A stretch of DNA of 23,697 nucleotides from an uncultured virus (IMG/VR IMGVR_UViG_3300021185_004515) (lineage: Duplodnaviria > Heunggongvirae > Uroviricota > Caudoviricetes): IMG/VR virus record IMGVR_UViG_3300021185_004515. One strand, written 5' to 3'. Below the pieces are notes generated by a model that did not search any database, was not told the origin of the DNA, and saw only the letters and a program-made list of their open reading frames with translations. This document shows positions 1 through 8,451 of the stretch, in pieces. Position 1 is the first letter of the stretch. Each line of letters begins with the position of its first letter. Both the position numbers and the translations under genes were made by a program.

Positions 1-961
1 CTAATCCTGCGGCTACAAATCCGCCTGAGTTAGTGGTGGGTGTGGATTCATCATCGTCAGTGGTATTCTGGCAGTGGGTGTTGTCCCAATAGTGTGCGTC
101 AGCGTTGTATTTAGAATTAGATTCATCGGTGCATGATGCGGTAAATGTTGGTGATTTCAACCACCACATTAGTTCGCCTGTGCCACCTGTTTGTTGATGA
201 TATTTAGTGGCTTCTGCGATAGCCCATGAAAAATACTTAACAAAAATTTCTGTTCCGACATATCCTTGTGAGATACATTCTGATTCTGAAAACTGTGACT
301 CATTGGCATCCACATAAAATATACATGGCATAGAAACTTTCCATTCTTGCTGGTCTGGTTCTATGACCGCTACTCCTTTCTTGAGAGCATCTGCTGACGA
401 TGATACATCTAATCCAGCAGGTAGATTGGTGAGGTGTCCTTGTGAGTCCACTCTCCATCCTGAAGGCAAAGTGTGTGGTTGGTGTCCTTGATAGATGGTT
501 AAATCGTATAATTTGTCTGAATTATCTATGACTTCATACGATTCTTCCCAAGTTTCCTTGCAAAACAATTTAGCATCCCGATATTCTTTGGGCTGGTCGT
601 TGTAAAACAACTCTCCTGTGTAGGATTGAGAATTGGCTCCTGCACAAGTTCCTGTGGTGATAATGATGTTGTCAGGGTGTTCCCACCATTGGTCGTGAGT
701 GTTTGATTGTCGTTGGAAGATAGCGGGTCGCTCAGATTCGGCGGCAAATGGGTTCTGATTTGGTCCTGCTATTTTAACCAAAGTTTGAGGTGGTATGCCG
801 TTGCTAAATTTGGTCTGTGCCTGAACTGAACCATCTGGATTTTGAGTGAGAACATATCCGTCTGCCCAAGCAGCCAAAGATTTGGTTTCTCCTGAGTCCC
901 GTGATTGCCACATATTTTGTGGCGGTAATGGAACACTATTGAAGGCCGAGCCTAACCACAT
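1..961 (-). CDS. Hypothetical protein, 3'-truncated (>320 aa; MWLGSAFNSVPLPPQNMWQ...), not in ORF track
   Basis: Open frame from ATG 961 to the window edge with no stop; TTAAATAGC box 29 nt upstream; contains NPFAAES. Confidence 0.8.
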   Translation of the reverse strand, partial: MWLGSAFNSVPLPPQNMWQSRDSGETKSLAAWADGYVLTQNPDGSVQAQTKFSNGIPPQTLVKIAGPNQNPFAAESERPAIFQRQSNTHDQWWEHPDNIIITTGTCAGANSQSYTGELFYNDQPKEYRDAKLFCKETWEESYEVIDNSDKLYDLTIYQGHQPHTLPSGWRVDSQGHLTNLPAGLDVSSSADALKKGVAVIEPDQQEWKVSMPCIFYVDANESQFSESECISQGYVGTEIFVKYFSWAIAEATKYHQQTGGTGELMWWLKSPTFTASCTDESNSKYNADAHYWDNTHCQNTTDDDESTPTTNSGGFVAAGL

Positions 962-981
962 AGCGTTTTATTGTGGCTTTC

Positions 982-990
982 GCTATTTAA
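982..990 (-). promoter_or_regulatory. TATA-like box TTAAATAGC
   Basis: First T is 29 nt before ATG 961. Confidence 0.75.
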
Positions 991-1009
991 GTTTGGCGTT
1001 ATCTGTAAA

Positions 1010-1258
1010 TCACTCAAGAGGGTTATCAATTCCCATCTCGCCAAGAGTCCATCTAAGGGTCTTAATGACACCTTCTAATGCCTTCTTATTCCTGGCGGCT
1101 TCCTTCATACCATCCTTGTCTTTATGGCTCTTAGAATGATGGTAAAATAGTATCCACTGATTCATCTTGGTTTCAGCCTTGACTAACATGGCTTCTATCT
1201 CATCCCAAGACCGATTATAGGTCCGATGGACTGAATCTTGGTGGTCACTCATAGTCAT
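1010..1258 (-). CDS. Small helical hypothetical protein (82 aa)
   Basis: ATG 29 nt after TTAAATAGG; amphipathic helices (SWDEIEAML, KALEGVIKTLRWTLG). Confidence 0.8.
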   Translation of the reverse strand: MTMSDHQDSVHRTYNRSWDEIEAMLVKAETKMNQWILFYHHSKSHKDKDGMKEAARNKKALEGVIKTLRWTLGEMGIDNPLE

Positions 1259-1278
1259 AATGTGTGGGGCTCTCTTTA

Positions 1279-1287
1279 CCTATTTAA
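1279..1287 (-). promoter_or_regulatory. TATA-like box TTAAATAGG
   Basis: 29 nt before ATG 1258. Confidence 0.8.
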
Positions 1288-1296
1288 ATTTTTTGG

Positions 1297-1428
1297 TTAA
1301 GGGAATTCATCAAACATTACTGCGAACGGCCAAATGGCTACAAATAGTATGAAGCGCACAGGATTTACAATCAACTTTCGGAGAAAACCAAATGTCCGAC
1401 TCAAGAATGAACTTTCATTGTCGGCCAT
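1297..1428 (-). CDS. 43-aa putative membrane microprotein (MADNESSFLSRTFGFLRKLIVNPVRFILFVAIWPFAVMFDEFP), not in ORF track
   Basis: Fills the gap between the TSP3 gene stop and the next promoter; hydrophobic C-terminal segment. Confidence 0.6.
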   Translation of the reverse strand: MADNESSFLSRTFGFLRKLIVNPVRFILFVAIWPFAVMFDEFP

Positions 1429-1447
1429 TGGCAATCAATCCTGGTAA

Positions 1448-3148
1448 TCAGACTTCTAAGGCATCAAGAATGCCGTCATCGTCGTCATCTGCGTCCAGAT
1501 TATCTGCGACACCATCGTTGTCATGGTCAAATTGACCAGTCATATCGTTGCCGTCGTTGTTTTCAAACCAATCGGAAAGTCCGTCGTTGTCATCGTCCAA
1601 ATCAGAAGCATCCCAAATACCATCGTTGTCGTGGTCGTAACGATAAGCGGAGAATGCACCACCGACTTCATCAACATCAAGAATGTCGTCGTTGTCGTCG
1701 TCAGTATCTACACCATCATTAAGTCCATCATTGTCGTGGTCACGAGAAGCATCAGAGCCGTTGTCGTAAATGTCCTTGTAGTTGTCAATTCCGTCGTTGT
1801 CAATATCTAAATCAACATTATCGGGGATGTTGTCGTTGTCGTGGTCGTAAATGTCGGTATTGTCATTACCGTCATTGACTTCTTCGTTGTCGTTTAGACC
1901 GTCGCCATCGTCATCATCGTCTTCTGAATCAACAATTCCATCGTTGTCGTGGTCCATCGGTGAATCATCCATAGAATCTGGGATTCCATCGTTGTCGTCG
2001 TCGTTGTCAATGTCATTAGGGATTCCATCGCCATCGTTGTCGTTTTCTCCGTTCTGGTCTTGGTTATCAAGTTGCTGACCTTGTTGAGTATCGGTCTGTT
2101 GTCCTTGTTGTCCTTGTTGTCCATTTTGAGTTTGTCCTTGTTGTTGTTGGGATTGACCGTTTTGGTTCTGACCATTCTGTTCCTCGGCTTGTTGCTCGGA
2201 TTGTTGTCCTCCTTGCTGACCGCCCTGTTGTTGTTGGCCTTGTCCGTTGTCTTGTTGCTGGCCTTGTTGTCCAGATTGACCTTGGTTTCCAGATTGACCT
2301 TGCTGACCTTGTTGGCCTTGTTGTCCCTGTTGTCCCTGTTGGCCTTGCTGTCCTTGCTGGCCTTGTTGTCCTTGCTGGCCCTGTCCTTGACCTTGACCTT
2401 GGGATTGTCCCTGGCCTTGCCCTTGTCCCTGTCCTTGGCCTTGTCCTTGTCCTTGACCCTGACCCTGACCTTGGCCTTGACCTTGGCCCTGTCCTTGGCC
2501 TTGTCCTTGGCCTTGTCCCTGACCTTGGCCTTGACCTTGTCCTTGTCCTTGACCTTGGCCCTGTCCTTGTCCCTGTCCTTGGCCTTGTCCTTGACCTTGG
2601 CCTTGACCCTGACCTTGACCTTCACCTTGTCCTCCAGCGTCGGATTCTCCGCCGCCTTCGGTTCCACCATCTCCAGAACCTGGGTTAGATTCTTGGAAAT
2701 CTGGGTCGTAGGCATCGGGGATTCCATCTCCGTCGGAGTCGGAATACTCGCCATCGTTAGGGTCTGTTGGATATTGGTCTACATTGTCGGCCTTGCCGTC
2801 ACCATCGGTGTCGGAATTATTGGGATTTGTTCCCTTGGCATATTCTTGGGCATTGGAAAGTCCATCGCCATCAGGGTCTGCATTGGCATCTCCACCGTTG
2901 GTGGGGTTGAGGCCATTGGAAACTTCCCATCCGTCGGGTAGTCCGTCGCCGTCTGAATCGGCATTGTTCATATTAGTGCCGTGCGTTTGTTCTTCAGAGT
3001 TGGTAAGTCCATCTCCGTCCCAGTCAGCCCCACCATCGGAGGGGTCAAGCGGGTCAGAACCGTCAGCGGCTCCAACACCTGCGCTCATAACGAGCATCAG
3101 GGTGGTCAGTATTGCAAGCATCGTATTTTTGAATTTGTTATTTTTCAT
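1448..3148 (-). CDS. Secreted thrombospondin type-3-like (DxDGDG) calcium-binding repeat protein with Gly/Gln low-complexity linker (566 aa)
   Basis: Signal peptide MKNNKFKNTMLAILTTLMLVMSAGVGAA; DxDGDGL...E...GTNP repeats; (GQ)n and (QQG)n tract; five C-terminal DHDND-containing repeats. Confidence 0.85.
   Translation of the reverse strand: MKNNKFKNTMLAILTTLMLVMSAGVGAADGSDPLDPSDGGADWDGDGLTNSEEQTHGTNMNNADSDGDGLPDGWEVSNGLNPTNGGDANADPDGDGLSNAQEYAKGTNPNNSDTDGDGKADNVDQYPTDPNDGEYSDSDGDGIPDAYDPDFQESNPGSGDGGTEGGGESDAGGQGEGQGQGQGQGQGQGQGQGQGQGQGQGQGQGQGQGQGQGQGQGQGQGQGQGQGQGQGQGQGQGQGQGQGQGQGQSQGQGQGQGQQGQQGQQGQQGQQGQQGQQGQQGQQGQSGNQGQSGQQGQQQDNGQGQQQQGGQQGGQQSEQQAEEQNGQNQNGQSQQQQGQTQNGQQGQQGQQTDTQQGQQLDNQDQNGENDNDGDGIPNDIDNDDDNDGIPDSMDDSPMDHDNDGIVDSEDDDDDGDGLNDNEEVNDGNDNTDIYDHDNDNIPDNVDLDIDNDGIDNYKDIYDNGSDASRDHDNDGLNDGVDTDDDNDDILDVDEVGGAFSAYRYDHDNDGIWDASDLDDDNDGLSDWFENNDGNDMTGQFDHDNDGVADNLDADDDDDGILDALEV
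2280..2630 (-). repeat. Degenerate coding tandem repeat: 6-bp units (GQ, roughly 36 copies) followed by 9-bp units (QQG)
   Basis: ccttga/ccttgg/ccctgt/ccttgt units on the + strand with synonymous variation. Confidence 0.9.
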
Positions 3149-3222
3149 AGTAATCGTTTTCCTATTATAAAGTTGTTCATAGGGAACCCACTGTTCCCTC
3201 TAACTGTATATTCGGTTTTCTT

Positions 3223-3231
3223 CCTATTTAA
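3223..3231 (-). promoter_or_regulatory. TATA-like box TTAAATAGG preceding a structured leader of the TSP3 gene
   Basis: Exact motif; followed by hairpin 3181-3199; main ATG 83 nt away. Confidence 0.65.
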
Positions 3232-3249
3232 GATTAACTGCGCTATGCG

Positions 3250-3942
3250 TCAAATTCGTTCCCATCCTTCGTCAGAGGATTCATTGTAATCGCTCCCAAA
3301 AATCAATTGCACAGCAATCAAAACTTTGATAGTAAATTCCACGCCTCCGATTGTTTCTTCAAAATCATATGATATTGTTTCTATGGGGAGGTAGATTTCT
3401 TGTGAGTAATTACCTATCTCGCCTGTATCTTCCCAATCCATTAGATGTTCAGAAGGATTCTCGTAAATATCTTCCAATGTTTCTTCAGCCCACTCATCAA
3501 CATAGTCCCTTATATCGTCAAAATCTACGGTAAAATCCCAATCAGAAGTGATTCTTCCTGCGGGTCCGACCATATCTACAACTTGCCAAGAGTATTTACC
3601 ATAAGATGTTCGGCGGTGTTTCTGTGTGAGTTCATACTCGGGAGCATCTCCCGACTCTGAATCCTCCTCAAGACCAACAATATCTGTGGAGGTGGACTCA
3701 AAATATTCTGTCAAATAAACATCTATGGTATCTTCTAAAGATTCAATTTTATGTCCTATTGTATTGGATTTCTTTTGCAATTGATTGGCAAGATGTCTTC
3801 CTTCAGGGGTATTTGGACACTCAGAAATCATGTGGTTAATTTCCAAAAACAAATTCAATAAGAAACCATAATCCTTAGACTCCATAGCATCGGATTCATT
3901 TAACCAGTTAAGCAGAAGTGTAGCCTCCCCTAAATCATTCAT
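3250..3942 (-). CDS. Highly acidic hypothetical protein (230 aa)
   Basis: Long ORF, D/E-rich, variant box 29 nt upstream. Confidence 0.8.
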   Translation of the reverse strand: MNDLGEATLLLNWLNESDAMESKDYGFLLNLFLEINHMISECPNTPEGRHLANQLQKKSNTIGHKIESLEDTIDVYLTEYFESTSTDIVGLEEDSESGDAPEYELTQKHRRTSYGKYSWQVVDMVGPAGRITSDWDFTVDFDDIRDYVDEWAEETLEDIYENPSEHLMDWEDTGEIGNYSQEIYLPIETISYDFEETIGGVEFTIKVLIAVQLIFGSDYNESSDEGWERI

Positions 3943-3962
3943 GGACTTATGGGGTGTTTCTT

Positions 3963-3971
3963 GCTATTTGA
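3963..3971 (-). promoter_or_regulatory. Variant box TCAAATAGC
   Basis: 29 nt before ATG 3942. Confidence 0.65.
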
Positions 3972-3988
3972 ACTTGCGCCCAATTTAA

Positions 3989-4138
3989 TTAAACTGCTTC
4001 CGAACACTTGATGCCCAGATAATTAGTTTTTTCAATGATGGTAGCCATCTTTTGTTTGACTTCAAACAAAGTTCCCTCGTAGTAATTGAATTTCTTCCAA
4101 TTTCCGCTGCTGTCTAAGCATTCTATCAAAAACTTCAT
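3989..4138 (-). CDS. 49-aa hypothetical protein (MKFLIECLDSSGNWKKFNYYEGTLFEVKQKMATIIEKTNYLGIKCSEAV), not in ORF track
   Basis: ATG exactly 29 nt after TTAAATAGG; fills the intergenic gap. Confidence 0.7.
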   Translation of the reverse strand: MKFLIECLDSSGNWKKFNYYEGTLFEVKQKMATIIEKTNYLGIKCSEAV

Positions 4139-4158
4139 AATACTTGGTAGTAATGCTA

Positions 4159-4167
4159 CCTATTTAA
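4159..4167 (-). promoter_or_regulatory. TATA-like box TTAAATAGG
   Basis: 29 nt before ATG 4138; 3 nt after upstream stop. Confidence 0.75.
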
Positions 4168-4170
4168 CAT

Positions 4171-4671
4171 TTACAAAGTGTGTGCTAAATTGAATGCTTT
4201 GGCATTATCTGATGGATAGTGCAAGCCAACACTGACACGAGCATGGGCTATTCTCCGAGCAATTCGGTAAAATGATATGGTGTGGAGGGGATATTTTTTA
4301 GAAAGGTGTCGGGCGATTAAATAAGATTGAAATGTATGTCCTGATGGGTAAGCAGGAGTTTTTGCAGTTTCTGATGGTGAGGGTTGTATTTGAGAATTCA
4401 CTTGAGCGGGTCTGGGTCGGTTGTAATAGTTTTTATGAGCCATTACCAATGGGAAAGAATCTTTGACAATATCCACTAATTGTTGTGGGTCGTAGTCTAA
4501 GTTATTATTTTCTAAATATTGGGTAAATGCTGCACGAGGAGATTCGTCAGTAAGTAGAAAATATTCTGTGTCAGGATTTTTCATGGCTTGAAGCACTGAT
4601 TTAGATTCCTGATATGAATCAGGGTGATATTGAGGTTTTGGCTCCCAAGATGGTGAATAACGGTCAATCAC
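4171..4671 (-). CDS. PAP2 / vanadium-haloperoxidase superfamily phosphatase (166 aa)
   Basis: All three family motifs: KNYYNRPRP (Kx6RP), YPSGH, RVSVGLHYPSD. Confidence 0.85.
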   Translation of the reverse strand: MIDRYSPSWEPKPQYHPDSYQESKSVLQAMKNPDTEYFLLTDESPRAAFTQYLENNNLDYDPQQLVDIVKDSFPLVMAHKNYYNRPRPAQVNSQIQPSPSETAKTPAYPSGHTFQSYLIARHLSKKYPLHTISFYRIARRIAHARVSVGLHYPSDNAKAFNLAHTL

Positions 4672-6336
4672 TTACTCACCCGATTGAGTAGATTTGTTGC
4701 GACGGAAAATTGACTCTTTGCCTTTTTTACGCCAGTAACCTGCTTTGTGGGGTTTAGTAGATTTCTTGAACCTGTTGAGTGGGTGGCGGGCAAGTGGAGC
4801 CTCAAAAAGTTCTGATGGCTCTAAAGGAAGGTATCCTGTGTTAGCAACAATGAAAAATCGGCCAGTATCTGCATCACAGACTACATCGCCTACTGATAAA
4901 GAACGAGCGTCAGGTTCATCGGTGTAATTGGCAATAGTAGTGGATGAGGCTAACCATCCATCACGGCTCAAATTTTGAGTGATTTGGAATGGGGCATAAC
5001 CTCCCATTACTTTAGCGGTTTTCTGATAATTGCTGGTGCGAATAAATTGTCCTGGACCTCGGACAAAAAATAAGTCTGCAAATCTGCTATCTTTTTCTCG
5101 TTCATCTGTGTCGTGCATATAGATAATCCAAGAATCAGCATCAGGCAAATTAGTAGATTCGCCAATAACCATTATTTCTGAGTCGTTAAAATTGTAATCT
5201 TCTTCGGCTCCAAATGATAAATTTCGGGAATCGGCTAAAGGTTGAGCGCATCCTCCATCACAAGCCCAGATTTCTCCTACTAATTGGTCGTCTTCATCAT
5301 ACAGTCCAAAGGCTTGAGGAGATTCATCGCCGCAAAACTGACATATTTTCGGAAGTTCTGTGATTTCCAATGGTGGGGGTGCGGGGGAGGTTCGGGCTCT
5401 TTCTAAGGCTTGGGCTAATTGTCCTTCTGGGTCTCCGCCCCAATTTTCTGCCTCAAAATCTTCCGAAGTGTCGTCCTCAAAATCTCTAATTGCTTGAACT
5501 GCCTTGCGATTGTTGTTCATAATTGCTTGAATTATTTGTCTTATTTCAGAATTGGCATCGTTTCGGAGTTGGTCAATTTTTTTCTTGGGGATTCGGCGGG
5601 TGAGTTTCCACATCAGTTCCATATCTCCATAGTCATCTTCGTATTTATCAAGGGGTTGAAGATTAAAATTCCAACCGTAGATGGAATAGAGTTGAATATA
5701 AGTAGCCAAATGACCTGCCCCCCAATTATCTGAGCCAAGGTCATCTCTAAGATACCTAATAAGGTCTATTACGGTAGGAATGTTGCGAGGGATTGATGCG
5801 CTTACGCTATAAACTTCAGTATCGTCTTCCATGACGGTAGATTTGATACTAACTGTATTTTTATTGACTCGGATTTTGTTAATCATATCATCATAACCTT
5901 CTTCATCAAGTTCATCTTGCTTTTCCCCACTAATTAAGTTGTTGAAGCCCCACCAGTAACCTACTTCCGCTACAATCTTGTCTAACTCCTTAGTATTTTC
6001 TAAGAGAGTGTGTCTGGGACTAATTGATTTGGCATAATAACGAACCATGGCAGAAGTCCATGTTGGGTCGGTAGAAGTGCGGAGTATTTTTTGAATTTGA
6101 GGGTAAGTTAAGTCTATTTCATGATTTCTGAAATCTGGGCTCTCTAAAAACTCACGAAACCAATATGGGTAATAGTTAGATTCTTCTAACTCATTAGACT
6201 CCATCCAGTTGGTAAATGATTTTACACGAGAAAATCCGTATTGGTTAATGAATGAAATGGGGTCTATTTCACGGGGATAACGAGCAATACACTCACCTAA
6301 TATCTGCATATATTCATTATGAAACTTGCTCCTCAT
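4672..6336 (-). CDS. Large multi-segment hypothetical protein with CxxC element, YodL-like motif and basic C-tail
   Basis: Likely start ATG 6336 behind GAGGGTGG SD; CQFC...CDGGC; RSLSVGDVV...FFIV..GY resembles YodL-like domain; FEAE/FGAE motifs. Confidence 0.75.
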   Translation of the reverse strand: MRSKFHNEYMQILGECIARYPREIDPISFINQYGFSRVKSFTNWMESNELEESNYYPYWFREFLESPDFRNHEIDLTYPQIQKILRTSTDPTWTSAMVRYYAKSISPRHTLLENTKELDKIVAEVGYWWGFNNLISGEKQDELDEEGYDDMINKIRVNKNTVSIKSTVMEDDTEVYSVSASIPRNIPTVIDLIRYLRDDLGSDNWGAGHLATYIQLYSIYGWNFNLQPLDKYEDDYGDMELMWKLTRRIPKKKIDQLRNDANSEIRQIIQAIMNNNRKAVQAIRDFEDDTSEDFEAENWGGDPEGQLAQALERARTSPAPPPLEITELPKICQFCGDESPQAFGLYDEDDQLVGEIWACDGGCAQPLADSRNLSFGAEEDYNFNDSEIMVIGESTNLPDADSWIIYMHDTDEREKDSRFADLFFVRGPGQFIRTSNYQKTAKVMGGYAPFQITQNLSRDGWLASSTTIANYTDEPDARSLSVGDVVCDADTGRFFIVANTGYLPLEPSELFEAPLARHPLNRFKKSTKPHKAGYWRKKGKESIFRRNKSTQSGE

Positions 6337-6346
6337 AATACCACCC

Positions 6347-6970
6347 TCAATATCCTCCGATTGGATAATCATAATCACTAAACCATTGTATAATAGTATC
6401 ATTGGCCCGATTCCCTTTTACATGATACCCTCTTGTTCTAAGTATGTTTCCCTCATTATCTTGGAAATGAATAACTAAATCTTTATCGCCTTCACCTACT
6501 TCTCCTTCCAGTGGGTTGGAAGACCAATCCTCCCATGATTTATCCACTAACATCTCAATTATTTCAGTAGCATTGTCTATTGTAGTCCAATCATCAGTCA
6601 TTTGAATAATAATCTCCTCATCCTCATTTTTAAGAATATAATGCTCGGCGGCGAATGATTCAGCCTTAATCTCTTTGCGAGTGCGGGCATCCTTAGCAGA
6701 TAGATTTTTATCTTGCTTTAATTTACGCAGGGTTTCAGAAACAGGTTTTCCTGACATGGTTCTAACACGAGCAGTTTTTTGTTCAGCGAGATAACCTTGC
6801 TTACGACTCATAACGGTTAGTCCCAAAACAGTAGCACCTGTAATGGCAGCAATAAAATATCCTGCCGAGGCAGGTCCAGGCATCTTACCTGTGTATGTAT
6901 CTTTGAGGACGGCCAATGACATATATCCGCCCGCTCCGACTATAAATCCGATAATCGGTGTGGCTAACAT
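6347..6970 (-). CDS. Hypothetical protein with two N-terminal hydrophobic helices, basic linker and acidic C-domain
   Basis: ATG 6970 is 29 nt from the box (6976 is alternative); two hydrophobic stretches; KAESFAAE. Confidence 0.8.
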   Translation of the reverse strand: MLATPIIGFIVGAGGYMSLAVLKDTYTGKMPGPASAGYFIAAITGATVLGLTVMSRKQGYLAEQKTARVRTMSGKPVSETLRKLKQDKNLSAKDARTRKEIKAESFAAEHYILKNEDEEIIIQMTDDWTTIDNATEIIEMLVDKSWEDWSSNPLEGEVGEGDKDLVIHFQDNEGNILRTRGYHVKGNRANDTIIQWFSDYDYPIGGY

Positions 6971-6990
6971 AGCCATTTATTGATGCTTTT

Positions 6991-6999
6991 GCTATTTAA
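6991..6999 (-). promoter_or_regulatory. TATA-like box TTAAATAGC
   Basis: 29 nt before ATG 6970. Confidence 0.75.
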
Positions 7000-7002
7000 G
7001 TT

Positions 7003-7287
7003 TCACTTTTGAATTGTGGCATCTCCGTTAAAAGAAGTATCGCTCAAATATTCAAGTGCCGAAAGAGGGAGTCTTTTTCCTGCTTTCAAATCGCTTAATA
7101 TCATCTGGCGTTTCGCCTCAAAGTTTTCTATGGTGGTGGACTCTCCGCAAGATTCACACTGGGATTGGAATACTAAATTGGTGCATTCGCAATTGACACA
7201 ATCTTGTAGGTTGAGTGGGGCGAAAATGGTTTCTAATGGAAACGGAATTGAAATCCAGTTAATGGTAAAAAACTGGACTGGTCTCAA
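7003..7287 (-). CDS. Zinc-ribbon hypothetical protein (start uncertain)
   Basis: CVNC...CESCG; abuts HNH gene stop. Confidence 0.6.
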   Translation of the reverse strand: MRPVQFFTINWISIPFPLETIFAPLNLQDCVNCECTNLVFQSQCESCGESTTIENFEAKRQMILSDLKAGKRLPLSALEYLSDTSFNGDATIQK

Positions 7288-7650
7288 TCAAACACTTCCT
7301 GCTCTTTCTGCGGCATGATGCTTGCGATGGCACGAAACACAAAGAAGTGCGAGCGTGTGGACTTTAGCCAACAAGTCATCCCACGAATAATCGGTGATAC
7401 TTTTTTCAGTTCCTTGCTTGTAAGATGGGTCGGTGTGATGCACATCCAAAAGAATGGGGTCATCTTCGCTACATTGTTCGCAACAACCGCCTAAACGATT
7501 CAGAATCCAAGTTTTCTTATTGACTCGCAAGTTTCTTTTGTTGGTGACTGATTTACCAACCAAGTTTTTAGCATCTTTGTTTTCTTGATACCAACGCTTG
7601 TTATATTCTCTCATATATGCTTTCTTCTTCTCAGGGTCTGAGTAGGGCAT
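7288..7650 (-). CDS. HNH-endonuclease-like protein (120 aa)
   Basis: Basic N-terminal helix; CEQC...LDVHHTDP...LLCVSCHRKHH. Confidence 0.75.
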   Translation of the reverse strand: MPYSDPEKKKAYMREYNKRWYQENKDAKNLVGKSVTNKRNLRVNKKTWILNRLGGCCEQCSEDDPILLDVHHTDPSYKQGTEKSITDYSWDDLLAKVHTLALLCVSCHRKHHAAERAGSV

Positions 7651-7670
7651 AATGCTTCTGGTAGCGTTCT

Positions 7671-7679
7671 CCTATATGA
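7671..7679 (-). promoter_or_regulatory. Variant box TCATATAGG
   Basis: 29 nt before ATG 7650. Confidence 0.6.
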
Positions 7680-7689
7680 ATCTTTGTCT

Positions 7690-7983
7690 TCAAGACCTGT
7701 CATTCTTGAGGGCTTCTTTGATTCCTGGGATGTTGAAAAAGTTCTTAGCATCAAAACTTTTTTCTAATGATGCTCCTGATTTGGGGGCTCCTAATTTAGA
7801 GTCGGCTCCAATCTTTTGTTCTCCTCGTCCAGCCTTAACTTGGTCTTGATGAGCCTTGACAATATCTGCATTGGTTAATTGTGGGCCTAACTGCGGGTGT
7901 TGCAAAGAGAATGCCTTTTTTCTCTCTTTTTCTGCGGCCATGGCTGCCAAAATGTCTGCATTGGTGGTCATGTTATCCCTCAT
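7690..7983 (-). CDS. Hypothetical protein with duplicated TNADI motif (alternative start 7971)
   Basis: ATGA overlap with upstream gene; TTNADILAA / LTNADIVKA. Confidence 0.7.
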   Translation of the reverse strand: MRDNMTTNADILAAMAAEKERKKAFSLQHPQLGPQLTNADIVKAHQDQVKAGRGEQKIGADSKLGAPKSGASLEKSFDAKNFFNIPGIKEALKNDRS

Positions 7984-8450
7984 TCATCTTTTAGTCCGAA
8001 TATTCCTGCGGTATCGCTGTTACTTAGGGGGGTAAATGAGGTGACAATAGAATTTTCTACGGTTGGTGCGGGACGGGTTGTGATGACACCAGTTGGGATG
8101 TCATAAGATGGCTCATCGCTATTTGAATCTGGGCGGCCCATTAGTAATGGGTCAGTGGTGTTGAGGACGAGTCGGTAAATTTCTGGGGTAAAGTCTATCC
8201 AATTGATGAAAGGATTTTTAACTTGAATAAGTGCTGCTCCTCTTTCAATAACGGCTGGTGCGGTATCTACTACTGCAATAGTTCCTCCCATGGATTGGGG
8301 CGGGGTGACACTATTATCTGCAAATACTTCCAGTCTTTGTTCGTCGGTAACAAATGGATTATCCAGATAAGCGACTGTGGTTTTTGATGGTTGATTAGAA
8401 GGCCAACCTGTTCCGTGGCGGAGAGGATTATAGAGGGGGCTACGGGCCAT
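7980..8450 (-). CDS. Pro/Thr-rich hypothetical protein (156 aa)
   Basis: ATG 1 nt after upstream stop; operon-like packing. Confidence 0.75.
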   Translation of the reverse strand: MARSPLYNPLRHGTGWPSNQPSKTTVAYLDNPFVTDEQRLEVFADNSVTPPQSMGGTIAVVDTAPAVIERGAALIQVKNPFINWIDFTPEIYRLVLNTTDPLLMGRPDSNSDEPSYDIPTGVITTRPAPTVENSIVTSFTPLSNSDTAGIFGLKDE

Positions 8451-8451
8451 T

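Noticed and set aside
1894..2754. 286-aa Lys/Asp-rich alternative-frame ORF (KVKDKAKD...)
   Set aside because: Frame-shifted reading of the same repeat, which lacks stops; no independent start signal
2060..2941. 293-aa Leu-rich + strand ORF resembling a membrane protein
   Set aside because: Antisense shadow of the Gln/Gly codons of the TSP3 gene; no promoter or SD seen
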